A stretch of DNA of 64,000 nucleotides from the NCBI GenBank assembly GCA_002269645.1, contig NIVC01000362.1, forward strand, positions 310,001 to 374,000. Direction: 5' to 3'. Every line of letters begins with the position of its first letter. The stretch's first letter is position 1. The stretch is from Macrostomum lignano (taxonomy: Eukaryota). Shown here piece after piece: positions 35,776 through 50,700 of the stretch. The position numbers and the translations under genes are program-made. The notes under the pieces are model-generated. The model saw only the letters and a program-made list of their open reading frames with translations. It was not told the DNA's origin and searched no databases.

Positions 35776-38224
35776 GTCAATGGTTTAGAGTGAAGGCACA
35801 TTGCATGCACTTGATTTGCATTTCAGAGGCATGATTGAGCAAAAATTAAGTGCGGGTGACAGCTACCCTAACTGGAACACCACAGAGTAATAAGCAAACA
35901 GGGCAACCACCCCTGACCAATACCTACCCCAAGACCAAGCTGGGCTAGCTTAATAAAGCTGGTTTGCACTGGCAGCATCAACCTGTACAAAATGGAGTTT
36001 TTGTTTTAATCACAATTTGTTAGCTAATGGTTGAATATTTTTAGCAGTATAAATAGAAGTGAAATAGATGCTAAAATAAATTTCAACCTTGGAAGTTAGC
36101 CTAACCAGTTAATCTTTTCTTTGGTTCAAACTAGATCTAAGTAGACTTTCTGTTCTATTCATTTGAAGAGTATAAGTCAGTGATTGTTGAGTTAAGCAAG
36201 ATTGCAGGATAGAGGAGCTGTGTTGAATAGACAGAGGGCATTTTGCTAGCTAAAGCAGGAGATTGTAAAAATAAGCATTTTATAGAGAAAAGAGTGAAAA
36301 AAGTGGACTAAATAAGCTATTACAGTCAAAATACAGGATGTATTGTTAAAAGTTGGGAGAGACCGTATGAAAGCCAGAATACCCTTCAGTCATTGATAAC
36401 GTCGTGTTGGACTGTGTAATTTAGTATTTAATTTAATAGTCAACAAAGAGGCTTTTCATATTACCAATTCTAGAATCAGAATTGGTTCGGATCTTCCAAG
36501 AAAAACAGCAGTATAACTATTTAATTCTGTTGAATGTTTGACTGCCTTAACAACCTAATTTAGCACAATTTTTTACTTTCTTCTTGGCGATTGTCATTCA
36601 ATAATAAAAACTTTATAGCACATATCTCCCTCTAGTTATGGAGACAAAAAGTTATACTTCACAAATTGGTTCTGGTTCTGGAACCAGAACAAGCAATATG
36701 AAAAGGCCCAAGGTGAAAGTGTCTTGCCACTTGGGCACCAAAGCTACTAGGTAATTTATACTCACAATAGCTAGCTCCCATATACATTTTAATAACAAAT
36801 TATTATACCTAGAGGTATTTTACTTTGAAATCTCATTGTCTATTATAACAGAATGGCACCTAATAAAACAACTTTTTATTTTACCAATCAAATAATAAAA
36901 TTGCTGTAGAATAAAAGCATAACAATAGTCCGTAAAATAGTCTTTAAGGGTCTGACTAGAGTTTTTTTTTTCATTTTGACTTTTTATAAAACAATAAAAC
37001 TCTTTGCTCTTTGGCAAAGCTTGGATCAATCTTATAGGGAACCTAAATTGTTTGCCAAAATAGCATCTAGCTTTAGAAAAAATGGTCACTGTGAAAGTAT
37101 TTTGTCATTAGGCATAGTTCTATTGACTTTTGCCAAAATAGGTTGTTGAAACCCTCTTTATCATATCTAATCCCTTGGCTTCAATTTTTTTAAAATGCCT
37201 TAAATGGCTAATAATAGCATAAGCCATAATTTTGCTATCTTATCATTAATATTATCATGACTTTCTAAATCATAGGCCTAAAATTAGACCTTGGATGAGA
37301 AAATTCTAGTCACTGTCTGTTGCCAACTTGTCAACTTGCAGATGAGTTGACTCTATCAAAAAATAGAAAAGAAAGTTGTTATATAATTAATCTAATATTA
37401 ATAAACTTCTTCAAATATTTGTATAAGTGATTGATATGCCTATGCCTGATATGCCTAATAATAGCTAGGCCTATGTATTATCAGATTTGCACTTTTGTTT
37501 ATTATTGTGCTTTGAGACTTTGCAACCTTTTAGCTTTATATAGGCTTATATAGTATATACAGATAATTTATTTATCCAATTACTAAAAAAGTTGTTTATA
37601 GGGGCCTATAAATATGGGTATGCAATTGATTAGAGAAAAAACTGCTCAATTGATTTTCTTTAAACTTACACAATTCAATTAGAAATTTTCCTGGGATGGT
37701 ACATGCATCATAGCTAAGAAATTACCTAATTTTAAAAGGATTAAATATTCAAAAAACATGCTTCTTTTCAAAGGTCAAGTTGCTCTTTCGGCTTGAAATG
37801 CATTGTAAGAATGCTAGAGAAAAAACTGACTAGTTGAATTCTAATTGTGAAATAGATTGTATGACACCAGGCTTTTTATTTATTTAGTTGGTATATTGGC
37901 TGAATCTTGACATTGAAATGAATTGCATCACAGTGTTTAAAATACAGTGTGGAGGTATAGCACAAGGCTGGATTTATATTGTGTAACCATATTGCTTACT
38001 TTAATAGTGATTGGTTCTAACTTGCTTGAGTAAATGTCATAACTGACTTGGTGTGAGTGTTGAATTATAAGTGCTACAAATTCATTTATAAATTCAATGA
38101 GAACTAGCCTAGATATAAAATAACTAGACTATTACTGCAGCAACCTTGGTTTGAATCTTAGTAGGGCCTAGTGTAATTTTTTTATTAAAAGCTTTTATTA
38201 ATATATTAAATTAAAAGACATAGA

Positions 38225-39640
38225 CACTGCACTTGATAAACCAAGGATTACTGCACTTGATAAACCAAAGATTATTGCATTTGATAAACCAAGGATTATT
38301 GCACTTGATAAGCCAAGAATTACTGCACTTGATAAACCAAGGATTATTGCACTTGATAAGCCAAGGATTATTGCATTTGATAAGCCAAGGATTATTGCAT
38401 TTGATAAACCAGGGATTATTGCACTTGATAAGCCAAGGATTATTGCATTTGATAAATCAAGGATTATTGCATTTGATAAGCCAAGGATTATTGCATTTGA
38501 TAAACCAGGGATTACTGCACTTGATAAGCCAAGAATTACTGCACTTGATAAACCAATGATTATTGCACTTGATAAGCCAAGGATTATTTTACTTGATAAA
38601 CCAATAATTATTGCATTTGATAACATGCTTGGGTGCAACCTTGGGATTCACTCGGCGGTTTCTATTGGCAACACACATGTAAGTCGCTATTGGATGGAAT
38701 AGTAGTCACGTGACTGCTCTCAGCCAATAGCGACTTACATGTATGTGTTGCCAATAGAAATGGCTGGGTGATTCCTAAAGTTGCGCATGCATGTTTGATA
38801 AACCAATGATTATTGCACTTGATAAGCCAATGATTATTGCACTTGATAAGCCAATGATTATTGCACTTGATAAGCAAATGATTATTGCACTTGATAAGCC
38901 AATGATTACTGCACTTGATAAGCTAAGGATTATTGCACTTGATAAGCCAAGAATTATTGCACTTGATAAGCCAATGATTACTGCACTTGATAAGCAAATG
39001 ATTATTGCACTTGATAAGCCAATGATTACTGCACTTGATAAGCCAAGGATTATTGCACTTGATAAGCCAAGAATTATTGCACTTGATAAGCCAATGATTA
39101 CTGCACTTGATAAGCCAAGGATTATTGCACTTGATAAGCCAATGATTACTGCACTTGATAAGCCAAGGATTATTGCACTTGATAAGCCAAGCATTACTGC
39201 ACTTGATAAGCCAAGGATTATCGCATTAGCTTAGAAAGGGACTATTGCACTAGCTGAGACATCAATTTTTGCACTTGATGAGTAAAGGATTATTGCACTT
39301 GATAAGCCAATGATTACTGCACTTGATAAGCCAATGATTACTGCACTTGATAAGCCAATGATTACTGCACTTGATAAGCCAAGCATTACTGCACTTGATA
39401 AGCCAATGATTACTGCACTTGATAAGCCAAGGATTATTGCACTTGATAAGCCAATGATTACTGCACTTGATAAGCCAATGATTACTGCACTTGATAAGCC
39501 AAGCATTACTGCACTTGATAAGCCAAGGATTATCGCATTAGCTTAGAAAGGGACTATTGCACTAGCTGAGACATCAATTTTTGCACTTGATGAGTAAAGG
39601 ATTGTTGCACTAAGATGAGAAGAGGATTATTGCGCTGGCT
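38225..39640. repeat. 24 bp minisatellite (GATAAGCCAA[T/G]GATTA[T/C]TGCACTT)
   Basis: Direct tandem units, with a higher-order duplication 39200-39310 versus 39505-39610. Confidence 0.95.
38633..38786. mobile_element. ~150 bp palindromic MITE-like insertion in the 24 bp minisatellite
   Basis: Arms TTTCTATTGGCAACACACATGTAAGTCGCTATTGG (38659-38693) and their near-perfect reverse complement (38724-38760), with degenerate outer arms. The centre AGTCACGTGACT is itself palindromic. The TSD is not clear. Confidence 0.65.
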
Positions 39641-39764
39641 AAGTCATGGATTATTGCACAACCTGAGAAAGCAATTATTGCATTAGCAGAGGAAATATTT
39701 GCACTAGCTACTTGCTGTCTGGTGGATGCTTGCTTGTTTGCTATTGTATCTGGGGGATGCTTGA

Positions 39765-39910
39765 CCTCAATTACCCCAGCTGGGTGAACTGAAGCAACGC
39801 ATGAGTTAAGTGCTTTGCTCAAGGACACAAATTGTTCTGAGTGGGTTGAGAATTGAACCCCTGACCTTCAAGTTGTGAGTTAAATGCTTAGGCTACAAAT
39901 AGGCTACAAC
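39765..39910 (+). mobile_element. SINE-like 3' fragment (CORE/MIR-like), copy 1
   Basis: CAGCTGGGTGAACT...GAGTTAAG..TTGCTCAAGGACACAAATTGTT..GAAT.GAACCCC.GACCTT is shared with 40765-40925. Confidence 0.6.
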
Positions 39911-40136
39911 CCCCTTTGAAAAAAGGATCTTAGCAACAGTGAAGAATTTAATCATGGCAAATCCACAAAAATTTTGATTTTGATTATAGGCATTGTAAAT
40001 GTAGTACCACTGCTTTAATCCAACATTCCTTAGGATCCTTTTATAAAATTCTATGTAAACATTTTAATAACTTCAATTTTTAATTGAAATAAATATTTTA
40101 ATGCTGAATTTCAGTAGTTGTTATCTGGTTAATTAA

Positions 40137-43100
40137 ATGTCTCTGGCTACACTTCGCCGCTCTCTGCCATTGTGCCGGCTGGCTCTGTACCAGCAGAGAA
40201 GTCATATGAGCGCTGATCATCATGCAAGCTCTTCAATGCAAGCTCCTTCTACGGCATTGTCCAGCACAGATTCAAGTGCAGCCGCAGTCTCTGGGGATGC
40301 CCAACAAGCCCACCGGCTGGCCATATTTAACGAAGAGTTTGAACGTCAATTAAAACGATCCAAACGATCCATTGATAAAATCGAAGTTGTCTATACTGGA
40401 CCAGACGGCCAGTCGCATAGCCTGTTTTTAAACAAAGGCGTCTCAACTCCACTAGACGCTGCTAAGCATCTGTCAGAGGAATTGAGCTCGGAATCGGTGC
40501 TGGCTATAGTTAATGGCAGCACAGCCTGGGACATGCATCGGCCATTGAATACCAGCTGTTCCTTGGCGTTTCTTAACTTTAAAACTCCCGGCAGTAAAGA
40601 GGAAGCTGATGGTAAATATTATTTGGGGTGTATTTAGAGATATGGGAAGAATGAAGAAAGGTAGAAAGGTCGGGAAACTGACAGCTCAGCCGCAGCTATT
40701 GCTTATTGCATCTGATGGCTGCGTACGGCTGTTCAGTCCAAGGACTGGAGGGTCGCCACACACACCCTCAATTGCCCCAGCTAATGCTGGCACCCATTTT
40801 ACAGCTGGGTGAACTAAAACAATGCAGAGTTAAGCGTCTTGCTCAAGGACACAAATTGTTCCGAGTGGGATCGGGAATCGAACCCCCGACCTTTCGGTCG
40901 GGATTTCAACACTAACCGCTAGGCTAGAATCCCCCACTAAGCTACAATCCCCCACTAGGCTACAATTCCCCACTAGGCTACTATTCCCCACTAGGCTACA
41001 ATCCCCCACTAGGCTACTATTCCCCACTAAGCTACAATTCCCCACTAGGCTACAATCCCCCACTAGGCTACTATTCCCCACTAGGCTACAATCCCCCACT
41101 AGGCTACTATTCCCCACTAGGCTACTATTCCCCACTAGGCTACAATTCCCCACTAGGCTACAATTCCCCACTAGGCTACAATTCCCCACTAGGCTACAAT
41201 CCCCCACTAGGCTACTATTCCCCACTAGGCTACAATTCCCCACTAGGCTAGAATCCCCTACTAGGCTACAATTACCCACTAGGCTACAATTACCCACTAG
41301 GCTACAATTCCCAACCCCCATTAGGCTACAAAGATTAATGACGTTAATGTTATGCATTTTCTTCTCACTTCTGTATAACATCAATCAGTTTTTACTGATA
41401 CTAAGAAATTGGTTGAACACAATGCTTTAAATAATTTTCCGATATGTTGTGTGAATAATTTCTTCGTACCCCAAAAGCCACTTTGCTTAACGAAAAAAGC
41501 AAATCGTCTTACGTTGCTATTAAAATTGTTTTCAAAGGTATCAAGTTGTGCAACACAGCGCTTTGGCGATCGGGCTCTCTACTGATTGGCTCGGTATTCG
41601 AGACCGCTTTCAAAGAGGCCTACAATGTCAAGCTGATCAGTTTCCCTATTCCTTACATCAAAAGTGGAAGCTTCGTCTACGACTGTCAGGTATGAGAACC
41701 CGAGATTTTTTTATCCTGACATTGACAAATACAGGTCAGAGAAATCTCCAGATGACCTTAACAGAGACGGGGAAATCCCTAATTGACCTTGGCAGACCGG
41801 TGGGAAAATCCCTAAACGACCCTGACAGAACTAATATGGGCAGAACAGCGGGGAATCCCTATATTGCCGGCGCAGAGTGGCCGGCGGAGAATCTCTTAAT
41901 AACCGGGACAGAATGGTTGGGAATCCCCCAATAAACGGGGCAGAATGGTGGGGGAATCCCTCAATAACCTGGGCAGAATGTTAGAGAACTCCCTAAATGA
42001 CCTGAGCAGAATGACCGGGAAATCCCTCAACGACCTGGCAGAATAGCGGGAGAATCGCTCAACGATCTGGGCAGACTGGTGGGGGAATCCCTCAACGACC
42101 TGGGCAGAATGGCGGGGGAATCCCTCAATAACCTTGACAGAATGGCGGGGGAATCCCTCGATAACCTTGGCAGAATGGCGGGGGAATCCCTCAATAACCT
42201 TCGCAGGATGGCGGGTGAATCTCAATAACAGGGGCAGAAAGGCGGGGAATCCTCAATATCCTTGGCAGAATGGCTGCGAATCCCCTAGTAACCGGGGCAG
42301 AATGGTGGGGGAATCCCTAAATAACCTGAGCAGAATGGCGGTGAAATCCCTCAACGACCTGGGCAGAATAGCGGGAGAATCACTCAACGATCTGGGCAAA
42401 ATGGTGGGGGAATCCCTCAACGCACCTGGGCAGAATGGCGGGGGAATTCCTCAATAACCTTGGCAGAATGAGGGGAAATCCCTCAATAACCGGGGCAGAA
42501 TGGCGGGGGAATCCCTCAATAAATTTGGCAGAATGGCGGGGGAATCCCTCAATAACCTTGGCAGAATGGCGGGGGAATCCCTCAATAACCGGGGCAGAAT
42601 GGCGGGGGAATCCCTCAATAACCTTGGCAGAATGGCGGGGGAATCCCTCAATAACCTTGGCAGAATGGCGGGGGAATCCCTCAATAACCGGGGCAGAATG
42701 GCGGGGGAATCCCTCAATAACCGGGGCAGAATGGGGGAATCCCTAAATGGCCTTGACAAGATAAGAGAACTAATCCGCAGGTGTCGCGGGCTGGCAGCGG
42801 CGAGCCGCTAACATGGAGTCCCAGCCGATCGGAATTGCGTGGCCTCAGCCTAGCAGCCGAGCGGCTAATGGCGGCCGATCACGCCTTCCAACCGATGGAC
42901 GCACCCGGCCCCGTTGTCATGGAGATGTTCAAGCATAACGAAGCAAAACAGGCAGCAATTCGCAGCATACTGCAGTCCAAGCCCGATCAGATTCTAACCG
43001 TGTATCGCGTTGGCAATTTTGTCGATTTGAGCTCCGGCCCAATGATCTCTCGTACCGGCCTGATTGGCAGGTTCGCCTTTGCCGCTGTGCACCAAATCGA

Positions 43101-43302
43101 CGCGCCAGATTTTGGCCAGCTAATGCGAGTGCAGGGCTTCGCTGTGCCGCGCGCTTTTCTGACGCATTTCAGCTCTGTTGAACTGCTGGAACAACGGGCG
43201 GCTGTGTTGAATAGGGCGTTTCTGCCTACTAAGCCTGGCACTCCTAGGAGACCCCAGCAGCAGCAGAAGCAGGACAGGGCTGCTCAGCATGCCGAAGTCT
43301 GA
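40137..43302 (+). CDS. MRPL39: Mitochondrial ribosomal protein mL39 (3 exons, ~382 aa)
   Basis: Exons 40137-40611, 41538-41689 and 42781-43302 join in frame with GT-AG introns. TGS-like KIEVVY.G...LFLNKGVSTPLDAAKHL and WDMHRPL, followed by ThrRS-derived ALWRSGSLLIGSVFETAFK, SGSFVYD, DLSSGPMISRTGLIGRF and RVQGFAVP. Confidence 0.9.
40765..40925 (+). mobile_element. SINE-like fragment, copy 2, in MRPL39 intron 1
   Basis: Homologous to 39765-39910; CACCCATTTTACAGCTGGGTGAAC...GGGAATCGAACCCCCGACCTT...CTAACCGCTAGGCTA. Confidence 0.6.
40915..41325. repeat. 18 bp minisatellite (CTAGGCTACAATTCCCCA) in MRPL39 intron 1
   Basis: Direct tandem units. Confidence 0.95.
41790..42750. repeat. ~33 bp minisatellite (GGCAGAATGGCGGGGGAATCCCTCAATAACCTT) in MRPL39 intron 2
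   Basis: Direct tandem units, more homogeneous toward the 3' end. Confidence 0.95.
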
Positions 43303-43384
43303 CAGTTTTTGTAGGCCGTCTCGTCTTTAAACAATAATAAGCTATATATAGGACCTGCGTTGCTTTAGCTTCTGGCTTGTGTGT

Positions 43385-43930
43385 GTGTGTAGAGATCGGG
43401 TTCTCATATTTCTTAATCCTCAGATTGGGTTTTTATATTTCTTAATCCTCAGATTGGTTTCTCATATTTCTTAATCCTCAGATTGGTTTCTCATATTTCT
43501 TAATCCTCAGATTGGTTTCTCATATTTCTTAATCCTCAGATCAAGTTCTCATATTTCTTAATCCTCAGATTGGGTTTTTATATTTCCTAATCCCCAGACT
43601 GGGTTCCCATCTTAATCCCCAGACTGGGTTCCCATCTTAATCCCCAGACTGAGGTTCCCATCTTAATCCCCAGACTGGGTTCCCATCTTAATCCCCAGAC
43701 TGAGGTTCCCATCTCAATCCCCAGACTGGGTTCCCATCTTAATCCCCAGACTGGGTTCCCATCTTAATCCCCAGACTGGGTTCCCATCTTAATCCCCAGA
43801 CTGGGTTCCCATCTTAATCCCCAGACTGGGTTCCCATCTTAATCCCCAGACTGGGTTCCCATTTTAATCCGCAGACTGGGTTCCTACCTTAATCCTCAGA
43901 CTAGGTTCTCATATTTCTTAATCCTCAGAT
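43385..43930. repeat. 29 bp and 25 bp related minisatellites between MRPL39 and RPS14
   Basis: TCTTAATCCTCAGATTGGTTTCTCATATT units are followed by TCTTAATCCCCAGACTGGGTTCCCA units. Confidence 0.93.
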
Positions 43931-44200
43931 CCTCGAGGTGTGTCTCTTAATCTGTGCACTTTTGCAACGCAGCTAAGCAATGTTCAGGCATGCAATTAAT
44001 TAATTAATTTTGTATTTGTTTAAATACACAAATAACGTTGCAGTTATTTTAAAAAGATCTTTCATGAATGCGTCTTGTTTGTTAGTTTATGTTATCAAAT
44101 TTCGTTGTGTATTAAATTTTTAATTGGTTTATTTATCACGTCGTTCTAATTGTCAGCTTTAACACAATCAATGCATGCTCACTTTCAGCTCAAGTGACCT

Positions 44201-46109
<1,909 letters not shown>

Positions 46110-46369
46110 ACTTGAGCGATGAACCGGCTTAGTTTGTTAATCGGCTGCTAGTGAGACTGTGGTGACTTTTATGTGCGCTTGGCCTAACCGGCTCTGCTGT
46201 GTTGATGCGTTACTGCCGTTAGCAGCTGTAGTAATAATAATAATAAATTTGAGTCGATTAGCAATTTTGGCTGACTGAAGAAAAAAAAATTTTATTAATG
46301 GAGAGTTCTTGTTTAGTCATTTTTAAAAATTGATATTTGACCGCGAAAATCGCCGCTAAACTGCCAGTA

Positions 46370-47100
46370 AGAATCGTCCGAAACCTCCCGTGAGAATCAC
46401 CCCTAAACTGCCCATGAGAATCGCCCCAAATCTTCCCATGAGAATCGTCCCAAACCTCCCATGAGAATCGTCCAAAATCTTCCATGAGAATCGTCCCCAA
46501 TCTCCCAGTGAGAATCGTCGCAAACCTTCCATGAGAATCGTCCTAAACCTCCCATGAGAATCGCCCCAAATCTTCCCATGAGAATCGTCCCAAATCTTCC
46601 ATGAGAATCGTCCCCAATCTCCCAGTGAGAATCGTCGCAAACCTCCCGTGAGAATCGTCCTAAACCTCCCATGAGAATCGCCCCAAATCTTCCCATGAGA
46701 ATCGTCCCCAATCTCCCAGTGAGAATCGTCCCAAACGTCCCATGAGAATTGTCCCCAATCTCCCAGTAAGAATCGTCCGAAACCTCCCGTGAGAATCACC
46801 TCTAAACTGCCCATGAGAATCGCCCCAAATCTTCCCATGAGAATCGTCCCAAACCTCCCATGAGATTCTCAGACTCATCCCCAAAACAAACCTCCCATGA
46901 GAATCGTCCCAAACCTCCCATGAGATTCTCAGACTCATCCCCAAACAAACCTCCCATGAGAATCGTCCCAAACCTCCCATGAGATTCTCAGACTCATCCC
47001 CAAACAAACCTCCCATGAGAATCGCCCCAAATCTTCCCATGAGAATCGTCCCCAATCTCCCAGTGAGAATCGTCCCAAACGTCCCATGAGAATCGCTTCC
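46370..47100. repeat. ~24 bp minisatellite (CCCATGAGAATCGTCCCAAA(C/T)CT) between the RPS14 and kinase 3' ends
   Basis: Direct tandem units with variants. Confidence 0.93.
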
Positions 47101-47281
47101 CAACCCCCGTTGATAATCGCCCTCAACCTAGAATCGGCTATAAATTCTTTTATATTTATATCGGCTTTATAAAAACGCAGGTTCAGCTCTCAGAATCTGA
47201 TCATAGTCTGATTAAAGTAAGTATCAAGTTCACTCAGTGATATTTTTGTCCACTACTCGCTAGCTTGAAAACACGACGAGT

Positions 47282-47672
47282 TCAAAGAAGCCGATGGAAT
47301 TCGCTAATGAGAGGCGACGGCTTGCAGTGAATTGTGTTAACATTGGACACGTCGTACTTGAGAAAGGTCGGGTGCTGCATGAGCGTGTAGATTGTCGGTC
47401 TGTCTTGCGGAAACTTTCTCAGGCACATTCGCAGCACCTCCATCAGGTCTTTTGGCACCGTTGGGTGCGACCTGCCAATGCCCGTGTCGTCCGGGCCGCC
47501 CTCTCGGACTGAGAACACCCAGTGCAGGTCCAGCTTGCGCTTCAGGGCGCGCATCATCACCAGGGTGTTGAGCAGAAGCTCGCCTTCCAGGGTGGCAAAC
47601 GGGTTTGCGATGTTTATGGGTTTGCGATGTGGTAGGGCATTGTGGGGTAACTCTGTCTATCTATCTATCTAT

Positions 47673-47710
<38 letters not shown>

Positions 47711-50700
47711 ATCCTGTCTGTCTGTCTGACTGTCTGTCTGTCTGTCTCTCCATCTAACTATCTGTCTGTCTGTCTGTCTTTCTGTCTGTCTGTCTGTCTT
47801 TCTGTCTGTCTGTCCATATCTGTCTCTCCATCTAACTGTCTGTCTATCTATCTATCTGTCTGTCTGTATATCTATCTGTCTTTGTCTGTCTGTCGGCCTG
47901 TCTGTTTGTCTGTCTGTCTGTCTGTCTATCCTGTCTGTCTGTCTGTCTGTGTGTCTGTCTGTCTGTCTGTCTATCTGTCTCTCCATCCAACTGTCTGTCT
48001 GTCTGTCGGCCTGTCTGTTTGTCTGTCTGTCTGTCGGCCTGTCTGTTTGTCTGTCTGTCTGTCGGCCTGTCTGTTTGTCTGTCTGTCTGTCTTTATCTGT
48101 CTCTATCTATCTAGTAGTATCATCCTGTCTATCCTGTCTTTCTGTCTATCCTGTCTGTCTGTTTGTCTGTCTTTATCTGTCTCGCCATCTAACTGTCTGT
48201 CTGTCTTTATCTGTCTCTCCATCTAACTGTCTGTCTGTCTGTCTATCTGTCTGTCTGTCTGTCTTTCTGTCTGTCTGTCTGTCTTTATCTGTCTCTCCAT
48301 CTAACTGTCTGTCTGTCTGTCTATCTGTCTGTCTGTCTGTCTTTCTGTCTGTCTGTCTGTCTGTCTAACTACCTATCTACACCGAGCCGCAGCAGCAGAC
48401 GCAGCTCACCCAGCAGCACGCCAACGCCCCAGATGTCGCAGTTGACGTAGTGCTCCGGCTCGCATACCCTGGATATTTCCGGGCTGATCACCTCGGGTGC
48501 CCGGCTGGCCAGCTCTGGCAGGAAGGTCAGCCTGGCGTCGCTGCTCTGCATGGTGCCGTAGAAGGTTGCGTAATCAAAATGGAACAGCACGGGCTTGAAG
48601 TCGGCATTGAATAGAACGCATTTGGAGGAGATGTCGCGGTGCACGATGCAGTTTCGATAAAGATATTCGACCGCGTTTATTATGCAGCAAGTGACGTAAA
48701 CGCAGGCTTTCACATCGATTCGCATGTACTGTGCGAATGGGATTGATGGTTGACTTAAGTAGAAGTATGTTGATATATGATCAGCAGTGTGAGGTAATCG
48801 CCTCTTCTATCGCCTCTCCTATTGTGATTAAGTATGATGTAATATCCTCCTATTGTGATGAAGTATGATGTAATCACCTCTCCTATTGTGATGAAGTATG
48901 ATGTAATCACCTAGTGTGATGATGGAGTATGATGTAATCATTTCTACTATTGTGATGGAGTATGATGTAATCACCTCTCCTATTGTGATGAAGTATGATG
49001 TAATCACCTAGTGTGATGATGGAGTATGATGTAATCATTTCTACTATTGTGATGATGTATGATGTAATCATTTCTACTATTGTGATGATGAAGTATGATG
49101 TTATCACCTCCTATTGAGATGATAAAGTATGATGTTATCACCTCCTATTGAGATGATAAAGTATGATGTTATCACCTCTCCTATTGAGATGATAAAGTAT
49201 GATGTTATCACCTCTCCTATTGAGATGATAAAGTATGATGTTATCACCTCTCCTATTGAGATGATGGAGTATGATGTAATCACCTCTCCTATTGTGATGA
49301 TGGAGTCTGATGTAATCACCTCTCCTATTGTGATGATGGAGTCTGATGTAATCACCTCTCCTATTGTGATGGAGTATGATGTAATCATATTTGGGTGACA
49401 GGACAGGAATTGTTGTAGGCGATAAAAGAAACCTCGTGACAACTGCGGCCCAACTCTCACCATGCTGACATTGGTGGCCAGGTTGGCCAGAACGTACTGA
49501 GGAAAGAAATAGTAATACAACGATTGATTCTCGCAGAAGTAGAGCAGCATGGCTACAAACGGATGCGCCAGTTTCTTTAGCACGAGAAACTCGTCCTTGT
49601 TAATAATGGCCGTTTGATTCGTGATCGAATGTCTGCGCTTCATCCGGGATGCGCCGCCAAAGCTGCTGTTTGCCTTCTTGATAATCTTCACAGAGTAGTG
49701 GTGGGTGCTCTGGTTGCACTTGCTCATCAGGAACACCAGATGGCCGCCCTGAACCAGCGGCAGCACCGGCGTCTTCACGGTGAACTCGCTCGACGTGATG
49801 TCGAAGGGAATCTCCGAGTAGCGGTGCCAAACCATCAGGTTGGACACCACCAAAGATTGATGGCGCTCCATCTGTTTCGAGCTGTTGCCAACGCTTTCGC
49901 TGAACATTGAGCTCATGTCGCGAATTCCGCTGCCGCGACTTCGGCCACTGACGCCGACGCCGCCCCAACCTCCCTGCGACTCCATGGTTTCGTTGGTGAA
50001 CACTGTGGTCAAGCCCTGGCGCTGCTCCCAGCGAGACCCAACTATTGGCTCGTCTAATTGGGCGTTGCTCTGATTGGCTGGGCCGCTGGGCGGAGGCGGC
50101 TGCAGCTCGGATGTTGATTGGCTGGTTGAATTGTCCTGCAAAGGTGCATTTTAGGATTATTATGATTATTTGGAACAGAGCCGCTCACGCGATACGACAG
50201 ACGCGCCTGACCCTCGCGCTGCGAGTCCAAGGTCGATCTCCGGCCACATTACTAACTGATTTGGGGCTTTTGCACGAAAACTGTAGCAGCCTCTTTAGCT
50301 GCGTGCTAACCGCTAGCATCTCAGCTTAACTTGCAGAGCTGGCAGCAAATCCACTTGATGTTTTAGACAAGAGCCAATGAATGCAGCCACAAAGTTCAAT
50401 AATGAGCTCAACGAAACAGTGAAGAACACATGAGCACAGGAAAACTTGACTCAAAACTTACTTGCTCTTTCTGAGATTCCTCATCAACTTCAGCAAGGCG
50501 CAGTTTAGCATCGTCAACAGCTCCAAAATCTTCATCTTCGTCGTATTCAGCTTGTTGAACTCCGTGGTCTCCGCTGACTTTCCGACGGCTGTACAGAAAT
50601 GGGAAGCGGCGTCTCCGATGCTCCCTCACGCTCGAGCTCTGGTTCCGCATGGTCTCCTGCTCGGAGACCAGCAGCTTCAGCAGCATCTGCTGCTCAAGCA

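Larger units (their letters stand above)
37575..39765 (+). mobile_element. Older, diverged non-autonomous Helitron related to A2
   Basis: A|TCCAATTACTAAAA at 37574|37575. 37625-38200 is a diverged reverse complement of the conserved 5' region of A1/A2/B1/B2. 39700-39760 matches the A2 18 bp repeat region. It carries a different, 24 bp minisatellite. No 3' CTAG was found. Confidence 0.7.

Noticed and set aside
36820-37089. 89-aa minus-strand ORF in AT-rich DNA
   Set aside because: No recognisable domain or splice support.
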